From: Candidatus Cloacimonadales bacterium
GTDB lineage: Bacteria; Cloacimonadota; Cloacimonadia; Cloacimonadales; JAIOQZ01
Direction: 5' to 3'
DNA length: 64,000 nt
Assembly (NCBI GenBank): GCA_963674825.1
Contig: OY771587.1
Location: 2,240,001 to 2,304,000, forward strand
The notes beneath the pieces were generated by a model. It saw only the letters and a program-made list of their open reading frames with translations, searched no databases and was not told the origin of the DNA. The first letter of the stretch is position 1; the number at the start of each line of letters is the position of its first letter. Below are positions 39,021 through 48,970 of this stretch, one piece after another. The position numbers were made by a program, and so were the translations under genes.

Positions 39021-40211
39021 TTATACGTTCAGCTTGCTGACGACAAAAGCCTTTGCAAGCTCGGCGACGAGGATTGGATCCTTCTTGATCGCCTGGAAAA
39101 AGATTTCGCGGAGCGTGAGTTTATCGGTCGGAAGCGTATTGCACATGGCGATCAACCGATTGAGGTTTTCGTCGCCGTAGTGCAGGTATTTGCTCTTCAT
39201 CTTGTACATCAACCGGTGGTTCGCTCCCAGGGCTTTGTCCCATTCCTTGTAGTAACGGGAGAGGAACTTCTTGCTGAAGTCCCTTTTCTCGACAGCCATT
39301 GCAGCCGTTTCACCGGCTTTCGCGCCACCAAACATCGCCGTGATGATGCCTCCGCCGGTCATGGGATTGACCTGCCGCGCCGCATCGCCAGCGAGCATGA
39401 TGCGCTCGGAAGCCATATCTTTAAGCGGAAGTCCGGTGGGGATTCCGCCACATACGATGGCATTGATCTGGCCATTCGGGAAACGCTTTTGCACGAAATT
39501 GTCGAGATAGGAGATCGGCCCGTGATCTTTGATCATGTTGCCCGAAAGCCCCAGTCCGACGTTTGCGGCAGTCTTGGACTTCGGGAATATCCAGGTATAA
39601 CCTCCCGGCGCCATGTGGTCACCGAAGAAGAATTCACAATATCTCTGATCGGCATCGATGTTTGTCATCGTGTACTGGATGGAAGTTTCAATATCTTCCA
39701 AATCGCATGCGGTGTCGATACCAGCCCAACGCCCCACGCGTGATTCTACACCGTCAGCGCCGATAACCAGGTCGCATTTCACCACATGTTCCTGTCCGAG
39801 GTGACGATATCTTACGCCGCAGATTTGTTCATTATGATATTCGAGTCCGATCGCATCCGCTTTAGTGAGCATGTGTGCTCCTTCAGCGCAGGCGAGGTTA
39901 CAGAGCTCGCGATCAAAGATACGCCGTTCAAGGATATAGCCAGCGCCTATGTTGTGCAGCTCGAGCATAGTTCCATCGGGTGCGTAGATACGTGCGGCGT
40001 CAATTTCGACTGCGATCCATTTGGGATCAGGTTTGATAAACTGCGCGAGTCCCTTGTGAGACACGCCTTCTGCGCAACGTACCGGAATGCCGGGTTCGCG
40101 GTCGCGTTCCAGGATCAGAACGCTTGCTCCGCCTTTTGCTGCGTAGCGCGCAGCTGTGCTGCCGGCAGGACCTGAGCCGATTACGACTACATCATATCGA
40201 TTCTCGATCAT
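39021..40211 (-). CDS. Geranylgeranyl reductase family FAD oxidoreductase (archaeal DGGGPL reductase-like)
   Basis: GSGPAG, P..CAEG, IGADG..S, APGGYTWIFP (PxxYxWxFP), GDAA..VNP.TGGGI. Confidence 0.88.
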   Translation of the reverse strand: MIENRYDVVVIGSGPAGSTAARYAAKGGASVLILERDREPGIPVRCAEGVSHKGLAQFIKPDPKWIAVEIDAARIYAPDGTMLELHNIGAGYILERRIFDRELCNLACAEGAHMLTKADAIGLEYHNEQICGVRYRHLGQEHVVKCDLVIGADGVESRVGRWAGIDTACDLEDIETSIQYTMTNIDADQRYCEFFFGDHMAPGGYTWIFPKSKTAANVGLGLSGNMIKDHGPISYLDNFVQKRFPNGQINAIVCGGIPTGLPLKDMASERIMLAGDAARQVNPMTGGGIITAMFGGAKAGETAAMAVEKRDFSKKFLSRYYKEWDKALGANHRLMYKMKSKYLHYGDENLNRLIAMCNTLPTDKLTLREIFFQAIKKDPILVAELAKAFVVSKLNV

Positions 40212-40381
40212 GATTGACCTCCCGAAATTGCTTTGAATGGGCAAATCGTTTCGCATTTTCCGCACTCGATGCAAGTATTCAGGTCAATGTACACACGAAA
40301 TTCGGTGACTCGAATAGCATCGACCGGACATACCGCGACGCAGGTGCCGCAAAGTCCGCAAATCTCATGATCGATTTTCAT
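40208..40381 (-). CDS. 2x[4Fe-4S] ferredoxin (57 aa; absent from the ORF track)
   Basis: Manual translation MKIDHEICGLCGTCVAVCPVDAI...TCIECGKCETICPFKAISGGQS; two CxxCxxCxxxCP motifs; GGAGA RBS; ATGA overlap with the reductase. Confidence 0.93.
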   Translation of the reverse strand: MKIDHEICGLCGTCVAVCPVDAIRVTEFRVYIDLNTCIECGKCETICPFKAISGGQS

Positions 40382-40401
40382 ATAATCTCCAAACTATGGT
40401 T

Positions 40402-41943
40402 TTATTCGCTGAATTGGTGATCCAGAATCACCATATTTCCATCGTTGCGAAGCTGTATCACAACGTCGTATTTAATATAGGATTCCATCGTGTTTTTACC
40501 GGAAAAGAGCAGTCCTGTGCTGTCCATATGTTCCTTGGTAAATCCCCGTACGAGGAATACCGGTTCCGGGTTTCCCTGTCCGAAAGGCTGGAAACGGTCG
40601 AGGTCGTTGAGCATCTGTTCGTGGATTTGATTCGGGGCGATCAGTGCGTCGATTTCAATCTTGCGTGAAAGCTCAATCTCATTACGGTGATCGTCCACGA
40701 ACTCACGGAAGCATTCCTTGAATTCATCGAGACGTTCCTCATGGATGGTGAAGCCGGCAGCGCGTGCGTGGCCGCCGTATTGCACCAGAATATCGCTACA
40801 ATGGTTGAACGAATCGATCAGATTAAAACCATCTGTGCAGCGTGCTTCGCCGACGATGAGGCCCTTCTTTCTCTTCAGGAAGATTACAGGAATCTTGAAA
40901 ATGCTGGCTACAATTGATGCTGAAAGGCCATAGAGCGCGAAAGGTATGCGATCCTGTTCGTCGAAGTAGAAGTGATAGAATCCTTCCGGCTTGATGCTCA
41001 TGACGATGTCGAGCACGACATTGATCTTCCGCTCATATTCGTTCTTCTCCATGAAGAGACGCTTGAGGTGATCGCGTTTTTCCACAGGATTTGCCACTAA
41101 CAACTTCATGCCGCGATTCTCGCCGTTACGCATACGACCGCTGGATAGGATCTTGTAGGTAAAAGCGATGAAATTCATTTTGGAACGTTTGTCTTCAGGC
41201 GTGTAGTAGTACTGACTGAGAAAATGTGCCGTATCGTCGAAGATGGATTTCCATTTATCCAGTACTTCCAAGCAGATGATACGGTTAACGCCGTCGAGCG
41301 GAGCTTTATCCGCGACAAGCCCTACCATGACCCAGAACATATAACTGGGGCTTGGTTCCACATCGCATTCACGGGCGATTTGCCGAATCAGAAACCATGT
41401 GACTCCAACGCCGGCCAGCATCGGATAGGGATACTGGCAGTCTGCCTGCTTCGGATTGACGATCGCGTAAGCTTCGGGCAGTTCGTCCTGTACCAGATGA
41501 TGATCGGTGATGATGGTGTCGATACCAGCTTCATTCAGTGCTTTCACGCCTTCGAAAGACGAGCTGCAGCCATCGACGGTAATCACAAGATCGGCCTTCA
41601 ATTCCTTCGCCTTCCGGACGAAAGACGGCTGGATACCATGATGATCGACCAGCCGGTTTGGGATATAGTAAAAGTGGTTTTGCGACCCGAGCTTTTCAAG
41701 GTAGTCGAAAAGGATGTAAGTGCTAGTTATCCCATCGGGATCGTCGTCACCGTATATTACGATGGTTTCTTTATCGATCAGGGCCTGGATTACGCGTTTG
41801 GCGGCCTTCTCAAGGTCCTTCATCAGCGTGTCTTCAGGCAGATCGTCAAGGGTAACCTTGAATGTTTCTTCCCGGTAGTCACGCTTGGCTACAAGTTGCT
41901 CGATTAGTGTACGGTCGCCGGGATCGTTCCAAATCCATTTCAT
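40402..41943 (-). CDS. recJ: RecJ-like DHH/DHHA1 ssDNA exonuclease
   Basis: YGDDDPDG, ITVD, TDHH, VNP, GGHARAAG, PFGQGNPEP. Confidence 0.85.
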   Translation of the reverse strand: MKWIWNDPGDRTLIEQLVAKRDYREETFKVTLDDLPEDTLMKDLEKAAKRVIQALIDKETIVIYGDDDPDGITSTYILFDYLEKLGSQNHFYYIPNRLVDHHGIQPSFVRKAKELKADLVITVDGCSSSFEGVKALNEAGIDTIITDHHLVQDELPEAYAIVNPKQADCQYPYPMLAGVGVTWFLIRQIARECDVEPSPSYMFWVMVGLVADKAPLDGVNRIICLEVLDKWKSIFDDTAHFLSQYYYTPEDKRSKMNFIAFTYKILSSGRMRNGENRGMKLLVANPVEKRDHLKRLFMEKNEYERKINVVLDIVMSIKPEGFYHFYFDEQDRIPFALYGLSASIVASIFKIPVIFLKRKKGLIVGEARCTDGFNLIDSFNHCSDILVQYGGHARAAGFTIHEERLDEFKECFREFVDDHRNEIELSRKIEIDALIAPNQIHEQMLNDLDRFQPFGQGNPEPVFLVRGFTKEHMDSTGLLFSGKNTMESYIKYDVVIQLRNDGNMVILDHQFSE

Positions 41944-41949
41944 GTGTTA

Positions 41950-43176
41950 TTACTTTTTGTCCGGTTGCGGTATATCGCGATGTTCGATGTTCTTTTTGCG
42001 TTTTTTGAATATGTCGAATCCCTTGGTTCCGATGGTGAACATGACGGTCTTTTCCTGAAGACCATGATCATTCTTATCGCCACGAAGGGTGTATTGAACT
42101 GCGAAGTGTATCTCTTTTCCGGGTGATTTGAATGGCACAGAGAACCCTCCGCTGAATCCCATCTCATTTACGCGATTCTCGTTTACTTCAAAGGGAAGCT
42201 GGCGATAGCTGAAGCCGACACGTACGGGCAAGCTTGCATACCAGTCCTGACGTTCGTACATGGGATCATAAGCGATTCCGATGCTGGCACGGTAGGAATT
42301 GAGATTCTCCACGGCGTTATCGGTTTTTTCCCATAGCTCGTAGTGGAAGTCGCTCGAGAATTTGAATTTCTGTTTGAGCCGCCAGGTTACGCTGAGGCTG
42401 TAGCGTTCGGGGAGCTCGAAGGAGCTGTCGTCCAGATCGCTCACATAGGGATCGAAAACGTAGTTGAATTCGGTGTCGCCTTCCAGCTTGACCTCGGGGC
42501 GATATGCCACGCCGAAAGAGAGATTGCTGAAGCGTTTGCTGAGGCCGATGTTCCAGCTGTAGTTGTGGAAGTAGTGGTCGGTCTCGTACTTAGCGTCAAC
42601 ATAGTCGTCGTCTTCAAAATCAGCCTCCACATAGCGTGAGCGCTGCCCGGTGTAGTAGTTAACGCCGAGTCCGACGTTGATCCAATCCGTATGCAGAGCA
42701 TAGATTGCGTCCAGCCGGTAGATGTTGGATTCGATCCGGTTGATTTCCGTCACGTTCGTGGTTCCGTTGGAGAATGTGTATGAGCGTGTGATTTCGCTCT
42801 CGTAATTACCAGCGGATACAGTGTTGAAGTTGAACGCGAAGTGGTGATTGCCAAAGGGCACTGCGACGGAGAAGTAGGGCAGAAAAAGCCCATCGTCGCG
42901 GAATGAGTTACCAGCTTTATCGGAATAATACATATAGCCAAACGTGACGCCCGAGGAGAAAACCACGCTGCTGCACGAAGTGGCCAGTGACGGATTACCG
43001 AATCCGGTGTTGAAACGATAGAGGTCTGAGTAACCTGTTTCGCCCATTCCGAGGGAATATGTATCGACGCTATAGTACTGCTCGGCAAAGCCATAGCTCG
43101 AAAAAATCGAGTTCGCTGCCAGCATGCCTGATACCGCCAATATAAGCGCGAGAATGCAATATCTTTTTCCTGTCAT
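41950..43176 (-). CDS. Outer-membrane beta-barrel protein, FadL/PorV-like
   Basis: Signal peptide; S..S.YG, LGMG.TG....NPS plug motif; amphipathic strands. Confidence 0.65.
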   Translation of the reverse strand: MTGKRYCILALILAVSGMLAANSIFSSYGFAEQYYSVDTYSLGMGETGYSDLYRFNTGFGNPSLATSCSSVVFSSGVTFGYMYYSDKAGNSFRDDGLFLPYFSVAVPFGNHHFAFNFNTVSAGNYESEITRSYTFSNGTTNVTEINRIESNIYRLDAIYALHTDWINVGLGVNYYTGQRSRYVEADFEDDDYVDAKYETDHYFHNYSWNIGLSKRFSNLSFGVAYRPEVKLEGDTEFNYVFDPYVSDLDDSSFELPERYSLSVTWRLKQKFKFSSDFHYELWEKTDNAVENLNSYRASIGIAYDPMYERQDWYASLPVRVGFSYRQLPFEVNENRVNEMGFSGGFSVPFKSPGKEIHFAVQYTLRGDKNDHGLQEKTVMFTIGTKGFDIFKKRKKNIEHRDIPQPDKK

Positions 43177-43471
43177 TAGACGTTTCCTTTCAGAGTACCT
43201 TGAACGATCAAAAAACTATTATTCAATCACGTTGTCAAACATTCTTTCCTGCGAAATTATGTACGTTATTAAGTTCGGTCTATCGGCTTGTTTCACAGCG
43301 TTCCGGTGTTGGCTGTGGATGAATAGGGCCGGAAGTGAGCCATTTCGACGATCTTAACAAAATAATTGGTTGACATCCCACACGGTGTTAGCGTAGAGCA
43401 GACGTAGTATTTCCCTTCTACCTGACGACCGTTAAAAGTGCGTCGAAGGCAGGGGAAACAGAGAGGAGACC

Positions 43472-44404
43472 ATGAAAAAATTCTCGCCCTTTCTCTACAT
43501 CCTTCCGGCAGCGATAATCATTATCCTGTTCCGGTTGATCCCGATCATTATCTCCTTTTTCATCAGCTTTTTCGAATGGAAAGTTGATGGTATCGGCTCG
43601 TTCATCGGGCTTCAGAACTACATGCACATCTTTGTGGATCAAGAGTTCTGGCAGTCGATGGTCAACACCTTCTACCTCGTTGTGTTCGTGGTGCCGTCAA
43701 CCTTGGTTCTCTCCTTGATATTCGCGGTTCTGCTGAACCACATCAATGCGCTCAAGGCTTTTTTCCGCACCATATACTTCATTCCTACGGTGACTTCGCT
43801 TGTAGCTATCTCGATCGTCTGGAAAATCATCTACAATCAGCAGAGCGGTCTGATGAACTTCCTGCTGGGCAAGATCGGCATCAATCCGCTCGGTTGGCTC
43901 TCAGAGAGCACCGGCATCTTTCAGATGATCTTCGATAATTTCAACGTACAATTGCCTGCGGTGTTTCAGGGACCATCTCTAGCCCTCTTCTCGATCATCA
44001 TCCTATCCGTATGGCGCTCATTGGGTTACAATACGATTATCTATCTTGCGGGATTGCAGAATATCCCGAATGTATATTATGAAGCTGCCTCTATCGACGG
44101 TGCAAGCAAGGTGCGGCAGTTCTTCGGAATCACCATTCCAATGATCTCGCCCACAACATACTACGTGCTGATGATGACCACGATTACCACTTTCCAGGTA
44201 TTTTCGCAGGTTTACCTGATGACTGGACCTCCCATTGGCGGTCCGCTGGGAACGACAAAAGTGATCGTCTATTATATCTTCGACAAAGGCTTTGGCGAAA
44301 GCAATAACCTGAGTTACGCAAGTGCGATCGCGCTCGTGCTCTTCCTGATTATTCTGGGACTTACCATGCTGCAGAAGCGGCTTGAGAAACGAGTTCACTA
44401 TTGA
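43472..44404 (+). CDS. Carbohydrate ABC transporter permease (MalF/UgpA-like)
   Basis: FIGLQNY, LAGLQNIP..YYEAASIDGA (EAA motif). Confidence 0.92.
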   Translation: MKKFSPFLYILPAAIIIILFRLIPIIISFFISFFEWKVDGIGSFIGLQNYMHIFVDQEFWQSMVNTFYLVVFVVPSTLVLSLIFAVLLNHINALKAFFRTIYFIPTVTSLVAISIVWKIIYNQQSGLMNFLLGKIGINPLGWLSESTGIFQMIFDNFNVQLPAVFQGPSLALFSIIILSVWRSLGYNTIIYLAGLQNIPNVYYEAASIDGASKVRQFFGITIPMISPTTYYVLMMTTITTFQVFSQVYLMTGPPIGGPLGTTKVIVYYIFDKGFGESNNLSYASAIALVLFLIILGLTMLQKRLEKRVHY

Positions 44405-45060
44405 TCCATAAAAAGACGACCATGATCGCTGTCCGTCATGGTGAGACGGAGTGGAACGCGCAACTGCGATATCAGGGTCACCTGAACTCAGAACTTACGC
44501 CGCGTGGTCTGGCACAGGCTGGAGCCGCTGCGGATGCCCTGGCGACAGCGTCGCCGCTCTGGAACGGAAGCTTTGCAGCACTCTACAGCAGTGACCTGGG
44601 CAGAGCCGTGCAGACAGCGGAAGCGATCGGCAAGAAGCTGAATCTGCCGGTCATGACCGATACGCGGATGCGTGAGATCCATCTTGGCATCGTACAAGGC
44701 ATGACACGTATGGAAATCGCGGAGAAGCACCCTGAGATCCATCGTCAGATCGATCATTGGGAATATGCGCCACCGGAAGGTGAGACGCGCCAGCAGCGAT
44801 ATGATCGCTCGGTGGAGTGCATGCTTGAGCTGTTCGATCGCCACGACGGCGAGACCTTTATCCTGGTCACTCATGGCGGTGTGCTGGATGGCCTTTTGCG
44901 TTACACGCTGAAGATCCCGATATCGGATCCACGTCGGTTCTCGATCTTTAACGGAAGCTTGAATGTTATCAGCCGGCAGGGCGACGATATGCGGCTGGAG
45001 AGTTGGGGAATTGTCCATCACCTCACCAGTTCACGCGTCCTGGATGGCGAAAAAATATGA
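44401..45060 (+). CDS. Histidine phosphatase family protein
   Basis: RHGET.WN, SSDL.RA.QTA, VTHGG. Confidence 0.9.
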   Translation: MIHKKTTMIAVRHGETEWNAQLRYQGHLNSELTPRGLAQAGAAADALATASPLWNGSFAALYSSDLGRAVQTAEAIGKKLNLPVMTDTRMREIHLGIVQGMTRMEIAEKHPEIHRQIDHWEYAPPEGETRQQRYDRSVECMLELFDRHDGETFILVTHGGVLDGLLRYTLKIPISDPRRFSIFNGSLNVISRQGDDMRLESWGIVHHLTSSRVLDGEKI

Positions 45061-45071
45061 GGAAATAAGAC

Positions 45072-46058
45072 ATGCGCTGGATTGGAAAAAGCCTGACCTA
45101 CGCAATCCTGATTCTTTGCGGATTGACCATGGTGGTCCCGTTTTTATGGATGGTTACCACTGCACTCAAGACACAGATCGAAGTGAACAAAGGGAACGTG
45201 GGATTTATCCCCATCGACGATACGACAATATATCGCGAAGGCGATCAAACCTTCAACGTGAAGATCGTCAAAACCGAAGGCGATTACGCGTACGTGCACT
45301 TCTTCGATAAGGATAACAACATCATCAAGGATAAGGCCTACACCAAGGTTCCGGTCTCGTCCCTGAAGAGCGTGAAAAAGCTGAATCCGCATTGGGAGAA
45401 CTTCGGCAAGGCGTTCAGTAAGGTTCCATTTGGCCGCTATTTTCTGAATACGATCATTGTGTCGCTTTTCATTATGGTGGGTGTGATTGTGACTTCCTCG
45501 CTGGCTGCGTATGCATTCGCGAGGATGCATTTCTTCGGCAAGGATGTGCTTTTCTATCTGTTCATCAGCATGATGATGGTTCCTCAGCCGATCTACCTTA
45601 TTCCTTCGTATGTGCTTTTAAACCATTTGGGATGGCTCGATACTTATCAGGCGCTCATCGTCCCATGGCTCGCCAATATTTTTACTATCTTCCTGCTTCG
45701 GCAGCATTTTAAAACACTTCCACAGGATCTCTTCGACGCCGCCGCTATCGACGGATGCAGCCGCTTCCGTATGTTGTGGCAAATCGTCCTGCCGCTTTCA
45801 AAGGGCGTAATCGCCACTGCCGCGATTTTCTCGGTGATCGGTAGCTGGAACAGCTTCATGTGGCCGCTGGTCATGACAAATAGCGAGTCGATCCGCGTCC
45901 TGCAGGTTGGTCTGAGCTACTTCTCGCAGGAATCGTCATCACAGACGGTGCTGCTGATGGCTGCGTCCACATTCAGCATTCTTCCGCTGGTTATCCTGTT
46001 CCTGCTGGCACAACGTCAGATCATCCAGAGCTTTGCATCCAGCGGATTGAAAGGGTAA
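45072..46058 (+). CDS. Carbohydrate ABC transporter permease (MalG/UgpE-like)
   Basis: LAAYAFAR, LP.DLFDAAAIDG, WNSFMWP. Confidence 0.92.
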   Translation: MRWIGKSLTYAILILCGLTMVVPFLWMVTTALKTQIEVNKGNVGFIPIDDTTIYREGDQTFNVKIVKTEGDYAYVHFFDKDNNIIKDKAYTKVPVSSLKSVKKLNPHWENFGKAFSKVPFGRYFLNTIIVSLFIMVGVIVTSSLAAYAFARMHFFGKDVLFYLFISMMMVPQPIYLIPSYVLLNHLGWLDTYQALIVPWLANIFTIFLLRQHFKTLPQDLFDAAAIDGCSRFRMLWQIVLPLSKGVIATAAIFSVIGSWNSFMWPLVMTNSESIRVLQVGLSYFSQESSSQTVLLMAASTFSILPLVILFLLAQRQIIQSFASSGLKG

Positions 46059-46105
46059 GGCAACATCAGGACTTTCGACCTCAACGATGACTTACCGATC
46101 TTTTA

Positions 46106-48493
46106 TTACTCCGATCTGAGGTATTCGATAAGGCGTTTCTGGTGCAACCTGCGCCAATGAATGAGTACTCCTGTGAAAATCAGCAGGCATATGGAGGCCA
46201 GGCCGAAGAGGTAATCGAACACCGTGAGACTTACCCGGCTCGAGAAGCCTTCCAGCCAGCGCTGCAGCACATAATAACTGACCGGAATTGAAATACCGAA
46301 CGCGATACCGGAGATGATCAGGTAGTTATTCAGGAGATAGATGAGTGTATCGCGCTGACTTGCTCCAAGCACCCGACGAATGGCGAGGTTTTTCATCTGT
46401 CTGCGCAGCGTGTATGCCGTGAGCCCGAAGATACCAACGAATGTGAAGAACATTCCGATGATGGCGATTCCGACAACCACTTTCATGAAATTCCGTTCCG
46501 GGTCCGATTGATGTACGAATTCCCAGTCGGTGTTGTATTCTGTTGCGGCCATTACTGTCGTCAGAGAACGCTGCTGGAAGTAATCCATGATCTTCTTGTG
46601 TGTCACTTGAGCGATAGCAGGTGTAACGCGGAAATGGAAATAGGTCTCCAGTTGTTTGTCGCGATAATAAACCATGGGCTGGATATTCTTACGGAATCCT
46701 TCCCAATAAGCGTCTCCCACAACGCCGATGATGGGTCCCTGAAAATAGATGTTATTGGGTAAATTCTGCCCAAGCTCGATTTCGGTACCGAGCTTGATTC
46801 CGTGGTAGCCGAACCGCTTGATGAATGACTGGTTCACAACGACTCCGGTGCTATCGTTACCCTCCCACAATCTGCCTTCTATCAGCGGAATTCGATACAC
46901 GTCGAAGAAATCGCCACCAATGTAATTGAATCCGCAATTGCCGTATGAACCTTCGCTTTTCGTACCGTGAATCCGAACGAAGATCTTCATCAGGTAGTCT
47001 GGCGGCATGATCATGCCATGTGACACAGCCTCAACGCCAGGAATCCTGCTTACTTCCTCCATAATCTCTTCCTGCGGTGTATCGCCGAGGAACGCGAGAT
47101 GATAGCTGAAGACGTTAGTCGAGTCGAAGCCAGGATCCTTAGTGTCGATCAGGTGGATCTGACGGATGAGCAGAATGGAGCTGGTCAGCAGCACAAGAGC
47201 GATGGTCAGTTGCACCAGCATGGCGAATTTCCAGAAAGAACCTGAGAGTTCACGATACAGGATCACCCTGGCGAATGCGGCAGGATAAAGCACGATGATA
47301 GCTCCGGCGGTGATCATGCCATAGAGTGAATAGGCCACAACTTTCGACCAATCGATGTTCTCGATGCAGAAGCTGGGAATGATCGTTTGCAGATAAGGTA
47401 GAATAATTGAAAGAAGGAGAACGGTGAAAAGCGCCATCAGCAGGTAAATACTGAGATGCTCGCGCGTGAATAGCCAAAAGATATCCCAACTAGCTGCGCC
47501 GGCACTTCGACGGATGACGAGCTCCTTTTTGCGGCTCAGGGTGCGGACCATGAGCAGGATCAGGCTGTTTGTCACCAGAACCATCAGAATCGCGATTGCA
47601 ACGACGCCGTATTTGACGAGCTTGCTCTTGTCGAAAGTGTCGAAATAGCTCACGAATGTCTTTTCGTAATGGGTCTCATCCATGGGTACGACACGGAAGG
47701 TGATCTTCGTATTCTCGGGCAGATTGGGTATCTTGTCGAGATTCTCTTCGATTATACGGTCTGCTTCCTGAACCAGAATAGCTGGATCCGTGTCCTCATC
47801 CAGGATGCAGTATAGCTCATCTAGCGAATAATGGAATTCATCGGGTTTCTCCATGACGGTTGAGGATGTATTGAGATCGTTCTCCGTGTAATGGGTGATA
47901 TAGTCTCCCTGGATATGCTGGTTTGAAGGGAAGTCTTCGAATACACCGGTTACAACGTAGCGTGGGAATGTCCTTCCAGGAAGATGAAGGAGCAGTTCTT
48001 CGCCCACGGGATTGATGTCGCCGAATATCTCGAGCGCTTTCGAGCGGGATATCAGCAGTGATTTATTCTGCTGAGAAAACGCGTCGGCCCACGTTCCATA
48101 CACCATCTTGAAGTTGAGCCTTTCCGGCGCGTTTCTTGAGCAGTAGATGACCTTACCCAGTGCAATCGGATTATCGTTCCAGGTGAACATCAGCTTGATG
48201 TCATATACGGTGACCGTAAACCAATCTTTGATTTGCGGCAGCCTTGCTACGAGCGGACCGGCCACCTGCTGAGAAATACCGGTCGATGTGTAGTCGTATC
48301 CGAGGGAGTGATCCATCTGTACGCGCCAGATGTTCTCATGATTTGGGATATGCTTGTCCCACGATAGTTGGTAGGTAATATGAATAGTAAGCAGCACGAA
48401 TATTGTCATGCCGAGAATCATGCAGATGATCAGGATTGAGCTGAGAAGAGGTTCCGTTAGCCATACACGCAAGAAACGAGGTACATTTCGCAT
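46106..48493 (-). CDS. MacB/FtsX-like ABC permease (duplicated architecture)
   Basis: Two periplasmic+FtsX halves; RKKELVIRRSAGA and KNLAIRRVLGAS motifs. Confidence 0.85.
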   Translation of the reverse strand: MRNVPRFLRVWLTEPLLSSILIICMILGMTIFVLLTIHITYQLSWDKHIPNHENIWRVQMDHSLGYDYTSTGISQQVAGPLVARLPQIKDWFTVTVYDIKLMFTWNDNPIALGKVIYCSRNAPERLNFKMVYGTWADAFSQQNKSLLISRSKALEIFGDINPVGEELLLHLPGRTFPRYVVTGVFEDFPSNQHIQGDYITHYTENDLNTSSTVMEKPDEFHYSLDELYCILDEDTDPAILVQEADRIIEENLDKIPNLPENTKITFRVVPMDETHYEKTFVSYFDTFDKSKLVKYGVVAIAILMVLVTNSLILLMVRTLSRKKELVIRRSAGAASWDIFWLFTREHLSIYLLMALFTVLLLSIILPYLQTIIPSFCIENIDWSKVVAYSLYGMITAGAIIVLYPAAFARVILYRELSGSFWKFAMLVQLTIALVLLTSSILLIRQIHLIDTKDPGFDSTNVFSYHLAFLGDTPQEEIMEEVSRIPGVEAVSHGMIMPPDYLMKIFVRIHGTKSEGSYGNCGFNYIGGDFFDVYRIPLIEGRLWEGNDSTGVVVNQSFIKRFGYHGIKLGTEIELGQNLPNNIYFQGPIIGVVGDAYWEGFRKNIQPMVYYRDKQLETYFHFRVTPAIAQVTHKKIMDYFQQRSLTTVMAATEYNTDWEFVHQSDPERNFMKVVVGIAIIGMFFTFVGIFGLTAYTLRRQMKNLAIRRVLGASQRDTLIYLLNNYLIISGIAFGISIPVSYYVLQRWLEGFSSRVSLTVFDYLFGLASICLLIFTGVLIHWRRLHQKRLIEYLRSE

Positions 48494-48905
48494 TAACAAC
48501 TCCAGATTTCAAGTTCGAGTAGGAAGATTACATGCATTTCATGTTCCGATGAAGGTAAGTTTGAATTGCATTTTTACGAATGGTAGTATGATTGAGCAAT
48601 GGTTATAGTCAACAAACTATATTGGAAAGCTTTGGCAGGATTCTGGACGGTCGCACGTGTTGATGCTTTCTGCGGGGTATGGTCAATCGGGAATACGATT
48701 ACGGAAACTATCTGTACGGTATCGGTCAGAAATGAAATCATCTTCTGAATGTGACGAATGTTGTGAGACTCTTCCGAATGTTGATTTCATGAGCTTGGGA
48801 TGATCGATGAGAGATGGGGATAGGGATGCGGACGAGGACCTCCGCGCTCCATGTAGAGAGAAATACGGGCGAAAAAAATTGCGTACCCAGGAAGACATGG
48901 GAAAG

Positions 48906-48940
48906 AAAAAAAGCCGCCCTCACCCAGAGAGGCGGCTTTT
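48906..48940 (-). terminator. Terminator of the secDF operon (possibly bidirectional)
   Basis: AAAAGCCGCC...GGCGGCTTTT. Confidence 0.75.
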
Positions 48941-48970
48941 ACGATATATTGCCTTGAGAAATCTCGTGAA

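Noticed and set aside
48500..48900. Short ORFs or ncRNA in the gap between the MacB-like permease and secF
   Set aside because: The ORFs lack an RBS and motifs, and no convincing structure exists apart from the secF terminator.
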